A stretch of 23,285 nucleotides of DNA, from the IMG/VR virus record IMGVR_UViG_3300025927_000001; one strand, written 5' to 3'. The notes beneath the pieces were generated by a model. The model saw only the letters and a list, made by a program, of their open reading frames with translations, was not told the DNA's origin and did no database searches. This document shows positions 5,641 to 14,473 of this stretch, piece after piece. Each line of letters opens with the position of its first letter. Position 1 is the stretch's first letter. The DNA is from an uncultured virus (IMG/VR IMGVR_UViG_3300025927_000001) (lineage: Duplodnaviria > Heunggongvirae > Uroviricota > Caudoviricetes). The translations under genes and the position numbers were made by a program.

Positions 5641-8600
5641 TTATGTGGTGCGGACGTCGGCTTTCGCGGTGCCAACAAGCTCTGTGTCCTTAATCGTGTT
5701 GTGAGTCACTGAAGTGGAGGCAGTGGTGGTGTCAGTGATTTCGGTGCCCCCAATCGTGTTGTAGGTCACCGATGCCGAATCCGCGGTGCTGATATAGGTG
5801 ACCGTGACTGAACCGACCTGCGGTGGCCACGCATTCGGGTTGAATCCGACAGCGACATCCGTAGCGATGGCCGGGTCGGAAACGGTGCGGACGAACACCA
5901 CGAACCGGGTGACACCATCAACCACGAAACCCGCATCGCGGCAGGTCAGGCCGGTCAGTGCGGTGTCGGTTGCTGCTGCGGTGTCAGTAGCGAAACTGGT
6001 CCGTGCCTGCGTCCCGGTGGCGACGTCCGTCGCTGGGGTCGCGTCGGCCAGGGCCCGTAGCAGTAGCAGCGCCCGAGTGTTCGCGTCGGCCGCGAGCGCC
6101 GTCGCGGTGACCGGTCTCGCCGTGAGAACAGCGCGGGTGACAGCATCCGATGCGGCAGCCGAGTCGGATGCGGTGCGCCCGCCACCCGATGCGATGAGGT
6201 CCGTAGCCAGTGCGGAGTCACTGCTTGACCGGGTGAAAACCAGCGACCGGGACACCGTGTCCGTGGCCACCGCGGTGTCGGTGGCGGTGCGGGTTTTCGT
6301 TGCCGGCGACCGGGTGACCGCATCTGTCGCGAACGCAGTGTCCGTCGCGGTGGTTTGGGTAATAGACCCCGTGAACACCGCATCAACGGCTGTAGCGGTG
6401 TCCGCGACCGAACGCGCCCAGCTGGTGACGGCCCGAGTGACCGCGTCAAGGGCTGCCGCTGTATCGGTGGTCGCCCGAGCCCGCGCTGCGACCGGAGCAG
6501 TCGAGTCCCCCGCGGCAGCGACGTCGGCAACTGAACGCGTTTGGGCTGTTACCTCAACGACTGCGTCAGTCGCTAGTGCCGTGTCCGTGGTGGTGCGGGT
6601 TAGTGGTGCGGTCCGGGTGAACGCATCCGATGCGGCAGCCGAGTCGACGGCCACCCGGATTTGGGTAGACGCCTCCCTGGTGGCCGTGTCCGACGCCACC
6701 GCGAGGTCCGCTGTAGCGCGGGCCTGAGCACCCACCTGGGTTGAGCTGTCCCCTGCGGCTACCGCATCGGCGCCGGTGCGAGTGAAGGCTTGCGCCGCAC
6801 GTGTCACCGAGTCGGTAGCTGCCGCTGTGTCGGTGACGGTGGCTTGGGTGAAGTGCCCCGTGAACACTGCATCGGTAGCCACCGCAGTGTCTGCGGTGCT
6901 ACGGGCGACCACCACCAGGCGCGTAGTGGTGTCCGTGGCCGCCGCGGTGTCCGTGGCGAAAGCCGACCCGACTGCGTTCCGTACAGCAGAATCCGCTGCC
7001 GCCGCGATATCCGCGACGGTGCGGGCCTGAACCAGTAGACGGGCTGCTGATTCGGTGGCCCCTGCCGTGTCGGTTGTCGTCCGAGCCCACGTGTAGGCCC
7101 GTGCGACCACGTCAATCGCGGTAGCCGAATCAGCTGCCGCCCTGGCCTGGACCTCAACGCGTGAGATGAGGTCCGTGGCTGGTGCAGTGTCACTGACCGC
7201 CCGGGTCCTGACAACAGCCCGAGCGACAGCATCCGAAGCGGACGCGGTGTCCGTTGCAGATCGCGCGGTGGGGGCGGTCCGCGTGGTGGTGTCCGCGGCC
7301 GAAGCCGCGTCCGTCGCCGACCGCAATACCAGGCTCGACCCGCGGACGACGACATCCCCAGCGGGGGCCGTGTCCGCAGCGGTGCGGGTTTTCGGGGCCA
7401 CCCGGGTGGTGACATCCGATGCGGACCCACTGTCGCTGACCGACCTGGCGAAGGCCACAACCCGAGCTGTGGAATCTGTGGACCCAGCCGTGTCGGTCAC
7501 TGAACGGGTTTTGGCGCCAGCTGCGCCAGCCACCGAATCCGCGGCACCCGCCGCGTCCGTTGTGGTGCGAGCAAAAGCGAGCGCACCACGGGCCACCGAA
7601 TCGGTCGCCGCAGCACCATCTGAAATGGAACGGGTCCAGATAGCTGCGCGGGTTGTGGTATCGCTCGCCGCCGCCGTATCCGCGGTGACCTGAGTGCGGC
7701 TCGTCGACCGAGTGACCGTGTCAGCCGCTGCTGCACTGTCGCTGACGGTGCGAGTAACAGCCCGCACAGTCGAATCCCCGGCGGCTGCGGTGTCCGCGAC
7801 GGTGCGGGTCAGCGTCACGGTGCGGGTGACCGCATCGACCTCGGTCGCGGTGTCCGCTACCGGCCGCGTAGACGTCCCGGTCCGGGCACACGTGTCCGCC
7901 GCAGTCGCTGTGTCGCTGGTGACGCGAGCGGTGGCCAGTAGGCGTGCGCTGGTGTCGCCGGCAGCTGCGGTGTCCGCGATGGCGCGGGACAGCACCGGCA
8001 CTCGGACCGTTGAATCGCCAGCTGCTGCCGCGTCGGCGACAGTGCGGGCAACGACAAGAAGCCGGGCGATCGTGTCTGATGCAGCTGCGGTGTCGGCTAC
8101 CGGTCTGGTCCGGGCGGTAGCCCGGGCCGTTGTGTCGCTCGCAGCCGCCGTATCAGCGGCAGTCCGGTTGTAGGTTTGGGTGCCTGGAGTGAACACACCC
8201 GACGCGGCGTCCGTCGCTGCAGCGGAATCGGAAACCGGGCGGCTATCAGCCGTAGACCGCGCGGCGGTATCGCTGGCGGCTGCCGTGTCCGCAACGGCCC
8301 GGGCCTCGACGAGGCTACGGGCGATGGTGTCGCCAGCCGCTGCCGTGTCACCCGTGGTGCGCGTCAGCGTCTGGCCTGAACGCACCACGGTGTCAGTCGC
8401 GGTGGCTGTGTCGCTGGTCGACCGGGCCAAGGGCCGGGCTCGAAGCACAGCGTCCGCCGCCGCTGCGGTGTCGGTAGCGGTGCGAGTGAACACCAACATC
8501 CGCGTAGCGGCGTCAGTCAACGCAGCGGTGTCCGCTGTGGTGCCCACGTGGGACCCGGCACCACCCGCTGAGTCACCAGCGGCAGCGAGATCCACGGCGG

Positions 8601-9783
8601 TACGGGTGAACGCTTCCGCGCCCCGGGTCGCGGCGTCAGTCCCGGTAGCGGTGTCCGCGACCGTGCGGGCCAAAGCTAGCGGGGAACGCGTCGCAGCGTC
8701 GGTAGCTGGTGTCGTATCCGACGTTGAACGGGTCAACGCCAGCGGTGCTGGGCGTACTGCGAAAGTCGCGGCGGACCAAACCGAGTTTGGTGTGGTGAAC
8801 GCACTAGGGTCTTCGCTCGTGGCGACCAGGCCGCGGGTGGCGTACGCCATGATCGGCCCGGCGAGACCATTGCTGCCGACCCGAAAACCACCCGAATAGT
8901 TAGTGGGATAACCAGTGGGACCGGATGTGGACTGGTAGCACGTGGCGGAAATCCACAAATCGCTAGCGGATCCCCAGCTGGGCGTCAACGACGCCGAATT
9001 AGGTGCCGTACTGGACCCCGTCGCGAGGGTCGTTACCGCCGGTGCGGTCGCGCCGTCACCGCCGCTGATGCGCAAACAAACCCACGCCGCGTCGGTCCCT
9101 GACGACGTCGTCAACGTTGGTGCGGTATCGCTACCCGTCGCGACCCGGTAACGGGCTTCGAACGCGTCACCGTGAGTGGTGTCGGTGATCAACGCGGTCC
9201 ACCCAGCTGGCCAGGTGGTGGTGACCGCATTGATCCGGCCGAACATCATCAGCAGCAGGTCGCCGACGACGATCCCAGACGGCAACGTCGTCGCATAAGA
9301 CGTGGAACCACCAGTGGACGTCGCGCCACTCGATGTGGTCGTGACAACCGGATACCCAGCCAGTGAAGCGCTGGAGTTCACCACATCCGACGCGGTAGCG
9401 GTATCAGCGACCGGACGGGCGAAGTTTTGGATGCCCCTACCCGCGCTGTCCGAAGCCGCCGCGGTGTCGGCGGTCGTGGGCGAGTGAGCGACCGACCGTG
9501 ACACGATTTCCGTGGCCACCGCGGAGTCCACTGCGGTGCGGGCGTAAACCCGGGAACCAGCCACAGAGTCCGTGGCGGCGGCGGTATCCGTGGTCGTGCG
9601 GGTCAGCGGGATGTGACTAACAGACCCGGACGCCGCATCAGTGGCCGCAGCGGTGTCGCTGACGTTTCGAGTCGACTGCGCGGAGCGCTCTAGCGCATCG
9701 GTTGCCAGTGCGGAGTCGGATGTACTGCCGATAAGATTCGCTGTCTGAGGCAGCCAGTGAGCGTGGTAATGCTTGACTGCCAT
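5641..9783 (-). CDS. 1380-aa Ala/Thr/Asp/Arg-rich tandem-repeat protein with one inserted globular domain; probable tail fibre/appendage
   Basis: Uninterrupted ORF in the tail operon; about 20-aa repeats R-x-x-x-D-T-A-x-A-x-D-x-x-x-R. Confidence 0.85.
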   Translation of the reverse strand: MAVKHYHAHWLPQTANLIGSTSDSALATDALERSAQSTRNVSDTAAATDAASGSVSHIPLTRTTTDTAAATDSVAGSRVYARTAVDSAVATEIVSRSVAHSPTTADTAAASDSAGRGIQNFARPVADTATASDVVNSSASLAGYPVVTTTSSGATSTGGSTSYATTLPSGIVVGDLLLMMFGRINAVTTTWPAGWTALITDTTHGDAFEARYRVATGSDTAPTLTTSSGTDAAWVCLRISGGDGATAPAVTTLATGSSTAPNSASLTPSWGSASDLWISATCYQSTSGPTGYPTNYSGGFRVGSNGLAGPIMAYATRGLVATSEDPSAFTTPNSVWSAATFAVRPAPLALTRSTSDTTPATDAATRSPLALARTVADTATGTDAATRGAEAFTRTAVDLAAAGDSAGGAGSHVGTTADTAALTDAATRMLVFTRTATDTAAAADAVLRARPLARSTSDTATATDTVVRSGQTLTRTTGDTAAAGDTIARSLVEARAVADTAAASDTAARSTADSRPVSDSAAATDAASGVFTPGTQTYNRTAADTAAASDTTARATARTRPVADTAAASDTIARLLVVARTVADAAAAGDSTVRVPVLSRAIADTAAAGDTSARLLATARVTSDTATAADTCARTGTSTRPVADTATEVDAVTRTVTLTRTVADTAAAGDSTVRAVTRTVSDSAAAADTVTRSTSRTQVTADTAAASDTTTRAAIWTRSISDGAAATDSVARGALAFARTTTDAAGAADSVAGAAGAKTRSVTDTAGSTDSTARVVAFARSVSDSGSASDVTTRVAPKTRTAADTAPAGDVVVRGSSLVLRSATDAASAADTTTRTAPTARSATDTASASDAVARAVVRTRAVSDTAPATDLISRVEVQARAAADSATAIDVVARAYTWARTTTDTAGATESAARLLVQARTVADIAAAADSAVRNAVGSAFATDTAAATDTTTRLVVVARSTADTAVATDAVFTGHFTQATVTDTAAATDSVTRAAQAFTRTGADAVAAGDSSTQVGAQARATADLAVASDTATREASTQIRVAVDSAAASDAFTRTAPLTRTTTDTALATDAVVEVTAQTRSVADVAAAGDSTAPVAARARATTDTAAALDAVTRAVTSWARSVADTATAVDAVFTGSITQTTATDTAFATDAVTRSPATKTRTATDTAVATDTVSRSLVFTRSSSDSALATDLIASGGGRTASDSAAASDAVTRAVLTARPVTATALAADANTRALLLLRALADATPATDVATGTQARTSFATDTAAATDTALTGLTCRDAGFVVDGVTRFVVFVRTVSDPAIATDVAVGFNPNAWPPQVGSVTVTYISTADSASVTYNTIGGTEITDTTTASTSVTHNTIKDTELVGTAKADVRTT
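5840..8745 (-). repeat. Main degenerate coding repeat array (about 60-63 nt units); a shorter array lies at about 9370-9730
   Basis: Repeating units such as RTVADTAAAGDSTVR, RSTSDTATATDTVVR; roughly 50 copies in total, estimated by eye. Confidence 0.85.
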
Positions 9784-9802
9784 CGCGCTGGCACCTACTC
9801 AA

Positions 9803-10132
9803 TCAGTCCAAAGTGAGGACAGCCCAGGGGAAAGCCCTACCGGTACCTGCTGTTTGTTTCAGCGTGAAAGTTGCTCCCTGATTGGATGAGATCGGTACGG
9901 ACTCCACAATTGGTTGGCCTAATGCGTGGCAGTAGGTCAAGCAGTGCTGTTCACGGACCGTGCCGGCCGCCAGGACCGTTGTTTTGATCCGTAACTCGAC
10001 GACGTCTCCAGCGACCAAGGCGCCCAGGTCTACGCGTAGCACTCTTGTCTTGTTGGTGCTCGGTGCGGCTAGGCTATGTTCGGTGTTGATTGTGGCGGTT
10101 ATAGTGCCTGAGCTTTCTACCGCGAGTGCCAT
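9803..10132 (-). CDS. Small beta-rich tail-associated protein
   Basis: TGATG coupling with the upstream gene; beta-strand pattern ending LKQTAGTGRAFPWAV. Confidence 0.8.
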   Translation of the reverse strand: MALAVESSGTITATINTEHSLAAPSTNKTRVLRVDLGALVAGDVVELRIKTTVLAAGTVREQHCLTYCHALGQPIVESVPISSNQGATFTLKQTAGTGRAFPWAVLTLD

Positions 10133-10956
10133 CAGCAGATCCCGGTGATTGTGATGTTAGGTACCGCTGCCGCTCCGGAGACAGCGTTGGCTTGATGCCT
10201 AGCCACTAACCGGACACCAGCGGGAAGGTTCACGGGGTATGTCATCGGGAACGCGGCCAAGATGTCTTCGGCCGTTGATGTGCGGTACGGAATGTCAGCG
10301 ATCACTACAGCTTCCACGCCAGCCCCACCTACCCCGATATCCATCAACCCGTTCGCGGCGGCAGATGTCGCCGTGTTCGGCGCAGCCATACCAATGGCCA
10401 TCCAACGCATAGGAGATGTCGTCGCCGCCGAGATCACTGTCCACGCCGTTTTTGTGTTAAGCGCACCAGGTGTCGCGAGAGTCGTTCCCTGACTGGTGGC
10501 GGTGACCGCACCGTACGTAGTGGGAAAGTGTCCCGCTTCTACGCCCGAGCCCCCGCCGTGCAGCATCATTCCGAAAATACTTGCCTTGCTTGCCACTACG
10601 GACCGCAGTCGCAGCGAAAGACGCGAACCACCAGCTACAGCTATGGGAAAATGCCACGTTGCGAATTGCGCGTTACCGCCAATGGCCACATTCGGCACAA
10701 GCACCTGCTCCGAACCGACCGGGCCCAGTCCTACGTCCAACAGCGTTTGCGAGTTCTGCGTCGACAAGAAAATCCCGCCATTACCGATAAACGGCACTAC
10801 CATCGACGACGGGAACGGGGTTGAAAGGAACATTTGCACCCAGGTGCCAGGTGTATTAACAGTGGCAGATGCTGTTACGGTCGTCACCGTGGACGACGCG
10901 GTAAGTTGTCCGCCCATTGCATGCCGACCTGCGTCCGAAAGAAACCACGTACCCAT
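10132..10956 (-). CDS. Tail-associated protein of two duplicated beta-sandwich-like domains
   Basis: Internal repeat: NTPGTWVQ/NTKTAWTV, LDVGLGPVGSEQVLV/MDIGVGGAGVEAVVI, FPIAVAGGSRL/YPVNLPAGVRL; SD GAGGG. Confidence 0.85.
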   Translation of the reverse strand: MGTWFLSDAGRHAMGGQLTASSTVTTVTASATVNTPGTWVQMFLSTPFPSSMVVPFIGNGGIFLSTQNSQTLLDVGLGPVGSEQVLVPNVAIGGNAQFATWHFPIAVAGGSRLSLRLRSVVASKASIFGMMLHGGGSGVEAGHFPTTYGAVTATSQGTTLATPGALNTKTAWTVISAATTSPMRWMAIGMAAPNTATSAAANGLMDIGVGGAGVEAVVIADIPYRTSTAEDILAAFPMTYPVNLPAGVRLVARHQANAVSGAAAVPNITITGIC

Positions 10957-10962
10957 GATCCC

Positions 10963-11373
10963 TCAGTCCAGGTCGACGTTCTGAAAAACCAGCCGGTAAC
11001 GGAACGAGCCGAGTAGTTCGGCGACCCGACTCTTGAGGGCCTCGGTTTTTGTGGGATCCAAAGCTGCCCATACCGCGGTGAGCGACGCATCCGCGGGTAG
11101 ATCGTCATATGCCCGATCGACCAGTGTGTCAGGTGGGCGAGGAACAAATATGCGTAGAGTCGTGTCCCATATCACGGTGCCGTCGGGAAGACCTGTTATT
11201 ACGAGCAAGGCAGTACCAGTCGGAATTGTGTCCGGAGGGGTCGGCAACACTGTACCTATGGATAACAGTTCACCGGTCGTCGTATCATATAACGCATACC
11301 AAATAAGACCGATAGAGATGTTGTAATTCTGGACCAACGGTCGAATTAGGTAACTGCGGCCGAGTCTAGCCAT
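10963..11373 (-). CDS. Hypothetical tail-region protein (136 aa), possibly fibre-assembly type
   Basis: SD AGGAGGT; YALYDTTTGELLS and IWDTTLRIFV segments. Confidence 0.8.
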   Translation of the reverse strand: MARLGRSYLIRPLVQNYNISIGLIWYALYDTTTGELLSIGTVLPTPPDTIPTGTALLVITGLPDGTVIWDTTLRIFVPRPPDTLVDRAYDDLPADASLTAVWAALDPTKTEALKSRVAELLGSFRYRLVFQNVDLD

Positions 11374-11403
11374 GAGCTACCTCCTAGGCTCCCATGTGCC
11401 AGA

Positions 11404-11904
11404 TCAGCATTCCGCCCACACGACATAGCAGTAGCAGTTCACGGCAGTTCCGGCAGTCACCCGTACTCGAAGAAACTTGCTGATCGGAACCTGGAACTCA
11501 TTATCGAGAGGCCACTGCTTAATGTACTGATTAGTTGGAGCGACAAACTGGACGTCACCTTGTCGCGTAGTGGTAATAGTTCCTTCTGCGGTCGCGGTGT
11601 ACCCGGTGGCGGTGGTCCCTAACGTCACCAGCGACGCTGGTGCATTAGGGTCATTGAAGGGCTGTACCCCGGCTGCGACGTGCGCCGTCACTGTCGCGGC
11701 CACATCAGTCTGCAACAGCTCACATTTGATCGGGGTGGCTGCGGCGGATCCGTCGAAACTGATGCCCCATTCCACTACCCTGATGGGCCGAGTCGAGGGA
11801 GTCGCGATCTGCAACATTGTTTTGATCGCGGTTCCTGTGGTAACCGGCGCGAACGCTGCGGTAGTGGGCATCGGGCCATTAGCTGCCCAATAAAGGTCCG
11901 GCAT
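11404..11904 (-). CDS. Conserved actinophage tail-region protein (166 aa)
   Basis: SD GGGAG; beta-rich, TTGTAIKTMLQ...IRVVEWGISFDG...FLRVRVT. Confidence 0.85.
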   Translation of the reverse strand: MPDLYWAANGPMPTTAAFAPVTTGTAIKTMLQIATPSTRPIRVVEWGISFDGSAAATPIKCELLQTDVAATVTAHVAAGVQPFNDPNAPASLVTLGTTATGYTATAEGTITTTRQGDVQFVAPTNQYIKQWPLDNEFQVPISKFLRVRVTAGTAVNCYCYVVWAEC

Positions 11905-11920
11905 TCCAGGGACTCCCTAT

Positions 11921-12604
11921 TTAGTAAAAGTAACTTCGGTTCACAGCTTGAGGTGTGTCAACAATGGTGCCGACAGGCGCTGGAGCGCCGTCAAACGTGA
12001 TGCACCCGCATGCCCAAATGGTTGTAGCCGAAGCACCAAACGACGCTGCCTGAGTACCGGTCGATGCAACGACTAATGATTCCTGTGCGACGGCCACGTT
12101 AGCGGCGTCTTGTTGGTTTAAATTGGTGTAACCAGAGCCCGCGGTAAATGTGGTAGTTCCGCCAAGCATTGCAACAGCACCGATGACAATTTCATTAGCA
12201 ACCGTTGTGGTCGATGTTGAACCTGACGCTGGTGAGTTACTACTCCCGGTAGCTGTCACCGACTTATCTAACGGTGATGTGACGGCAATTCCTGAATACT
12301 CGTGGGCGACAACGGCGGTAGCTCGGGTCGATGAAACCGACACCGTCACGGTCTGGCTCGCACCGCCGGTGATATTCGAGGCATACCATAAATCAGATGT
12401 TACCGATGAGTTAACAACTGACCAGACTTTCGTGTACGTGTTCCCTGCCACGTCAGTTACGCTGGTGACAGCATTCGCGGTACCGTTAGTTGAGATAGAA
12501 ACGACTATAAGATTCCCGGTCGTAGTGGCACTAGGGAAAGCGCCCGTGGTGGTGGAGGTAGCGCTAGCAGCGCCTTTAGCCATCTGAACATAGGCTGGTA
12601 CCAT
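11921..12604 (-). CDS. Ser/Thr-rich beta-domain protein, putative adhesin/carbohydrate-binding tail module
   Basis: SD GGGGAGGT; VQ...TTTGNLIVVSI...VTSVTD.AGNTYT...HEYSG pattern. Confidence 0.8.
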   Translation of the reverse strand: MVPAYVQMAKGAASATSTTTGAFPSATTTGNLIVVSISTNGTANAVTSVTDVAGNTYTKVWSVVNSSVTSDLWYASNITGGASQTVTVSVSSTRATAVVAHEYSGIAVTSPLDKSVTATGSSNSPASGSTSTTTVANEIVIGAVAMLGGTTTFTAGSGYTNLNQQDAANVAVAQESLVVASTGTQAASFGASATTIWACGCITFDGAPAPVGTIVDTPQAVNRSYFY

Positions 12605-12619
12605 GAATACCTCCCCGAC

Positions 12620-12962
12620 TTATCTGACATTGTTGCAAGATCCACTCACATAGTTACCGTCTGCGTGACCGGATTTTGGTCGGGTCGGTATCTCACCTGA
12701 CGCCCACCGGCGCTTCATCGCTTCGCTATACTTCGCAGACACATGAGCCCGATGCTGCGGGTCTTCCCACAGCGTTGTAACCACACTGGACGCACTGTCC
12801 ACCTAGGTGCTGGATGACTTTAAGCCTCAGCTTGTCGCGACTGTCCTTAGACCGCGCTACCATACACACGGCGCAGTACGGTGAAAGACCGTCCTTTCTG
12901 CCGGCATTCACATACCAGTCAGCTAACGGCTTCGCCTTCGTGCAGCTAGGGCAGTATTTCAT
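12620..12962 (-). pseudogene. Decayed HNH homing-endonuclease-like gene (internal deletion/frameshift near 12774)
   Basis: KYCPSC...DGLSPYCAVC...VIQHLGGQCVQCGY in one frame; NUMOD3-like WEDPQHRAHVS..SEAMKRRWA in another; catalytic DH...CxNC core absent. Confidence 0.7.
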
Positions 12963-12969
12963 GATTAAC

Positions 12970-13638
12970 TCACATAGTAACCGTCTGGGTTACAGTCAAA
13001 GCATCGCCTATTGCCGACAAAGTGGCAGTCGCGGACAATAGAGTCCGGTGCAGGAGGATCCCGGTGGCACCGGTCAAAGTGTCGAATGTGCCCATTTGCG
13101 CGATGGTCACTGGGATCGAATCCGAGCCGTTGACGGTGTATGTGCCGGTCAGCGTGTACGTCGTCGCGCTCGTGGTGTGCGCGAACGCAGCGGCTTGGCG
13201 GATCAACCCACCACCAGCGGTAACAATCTCACCAGTCAAGACAGTGTCCGTAGAGGATGGGGCGGTCGCGGTCGCGGTCAACGCCATGTAAAACACCGGT
13301 GCCTGCCCGGTCATAATGACGAATACCGCCGTTGATGACGGCGTCGACGCCGCGGAACCAGTTGGGGTCGCTGGGGCGTACCACTTGTCGATGGTGAGAA
13401 CGCTTGACGTATTCGAGATGATGACGCCGTACACGTTGCCGGTGGCGACCACGAAACGCCCAGCGTGGGCGTTCACCGACCACGGCGTGCCAGTCGCGGT
13501 TAGTGTTGTCGCGGACGTGGCAGTGGCGGTGCCTGTGTATCCGGCGGTAACACCATTAGCGAGCGCAGCCGCTTGCTTGTCTTGTCCAGTATTGACCTTG
13601 ATTTGAACCAGCCCCTTCGAAATTTTTCGGACATGCAA
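12970..13638 (-). CDS. Tail fibre/baseplate-associated structural protein; true start uncertain (possibly ATC13602)
   Basis: YMALT...TDTVLTGEI...GLIR...GDALTVTQTV resembles tail-fibre N-terminal adaptor modules; Thr-rich insert. Confidence 0.75.
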   Translation of the reverse strand: MHVRKISKGLVQIKVNTGQDKQAAALANGVTAGYTGTATATSATTLTATGTPWSVNAHAGRFVVATGNVYGVIISNTSSVLTIDKWYAPATPTGSAASTPSSTAVFVIMTGQAPVFYMALTATATAPSSTDTVLTGEIVTAGGGLIRQAAAFAHTTSATTYTLTGTYTVNGSDSIPVTIAQMGTFDTLTGATGILLHRTLLSATATLSAIGDALTVTQTVTM

Positions 13639-13672
13639 AAGGCACCGCAGTCCGGAAATGGACTCGGGGGCC
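13637..13672 (-). terminator. Possible terminator/attenuator within the tail operon
   Basis: Imperfect stem GGCCCCCG-AGTCC/GGACT-GCGGTGCC followed by TTTT. Confidence 0.5.
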
Positions 13673-13683
13673 GTGAGAGTTAG

Positions 13684-14016
13684 TTACGCGAGGGTGGGTA
13701 TGTCGTCGAGCGACGAAAGGTCATCCGGTGCGATTGCGTCGGGTGCGGTCGCGTCGGTGGTGTGCGCGGTCACATCCTTGATGGGGCAGCCGTAATGAGT
13801 GCTCAGCTCCACCGCCAGAGCGGTGTCCTCTGACTCCACCCACGTTGGCGCGGTAGCACCGGAATGATTACGCCACACCCCGTCCGGGGCGGTGATCGCG
13901 GTGAATAGTTGCGCGGAGGTCCAATTGTCGGGCAGCACCGCCTGGGTGACTTGCTCACCTTCGAGGACGCGGCCGCCGTCGAGCGCAGCGGGATTACCTA
14001 AACGAACTGATGGCAT
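13684..14016 (-). CDS. Hypothetical protein (110 aa), tail region
   Basis: SD GAAAGG; PDGVW..HS...PTWVES; acidic tail. Confidence 0.75.
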   Translation of the reverse strand: MPSVRLGNPAALDGGRVLEGEQVTQAVLPDNWTSAQLFTAITAPDGVWRNHSGATAPTWVESEDTALAVELSTHYGCPIKDVTAHTTDATAPDAIAPDDLSSLDDIPTLA

Positions 14017-14046
14017 GCCAAATAAGCCTTTCTACGGAAAGTTTTA

Positions 14047-14442
14047 CTACACGACGGCTTCGAAGCTGACTTCGTAAACTTCGTCGATGATTCTTTCGAC
14101 GTATCCCGTGACCGGGTCAGTCATCTCCGCTTGAATGATCACCAGGGGGCACAACCAGTTCAGGGTTTGTGTCGGTGTGACATGCAACTGGACCTGGTCG
14201 GTGACCGTTCCTCCAGCGGTCGCGGTGCCTTGCGTACCGGTCGGTGTGGTGGACCATTCCGCTACCACGGGACTGCGTTGGTAGTTGTTTTGGCCTAGGG
14301 TTCGGCGTTCGTAAAGCGCCCGGGCCACGGCGTGCACGGAATAACCGGTGACGTCCAGGGGCTGGCCGGTGCGGACGCTGGTAATCGAGTTCGCTTCGAT
14401 CCAACAGTCGACGCCTTGCTTAATAACACGCGTCATATCCAC
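14047..14442 (-). CDS. Tail-region adaptor-like protein (resembles BppU N-terminal-type modules)
   Basis: IKQG.D...G.PLDVTGYSVHAVAR...VQLHVTPTQT pattern. Confidence 0.65.
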   Translation of the reverse strand: MDMTRVIKQGVDCWIEANSITSVRTGQPLDVTGYSVHAVARALYERRTLGQNNYQRSPVVAEWSTTPTGTQGTATAGGTVTDQVQLHVTPTQTLNWLCPLVIIQAEMTDPVTGYVERIIDEVYEVSFEAVV

Positions 14443-14473
14443 GCCACCGCCTTCATTGGAGTAGGGCCCCGAT

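Noticed and set aside
5798..9487. Long plus-strand ORFs opposite the giant repeat gene (e.g. 5798-6727, 8180-8899)
   Set aside because: Antisense shadows of Ala/Thr/Asp codon repeats in high-GC DNA; no SD; mirror-image composition
5840..9730. Repeat array as a CRISPR array or DGR template
   Set aside because: Repeats are conserved at protein rather than DNA level, with no spacer structure; no cas or reverse transcriptase gene in the window
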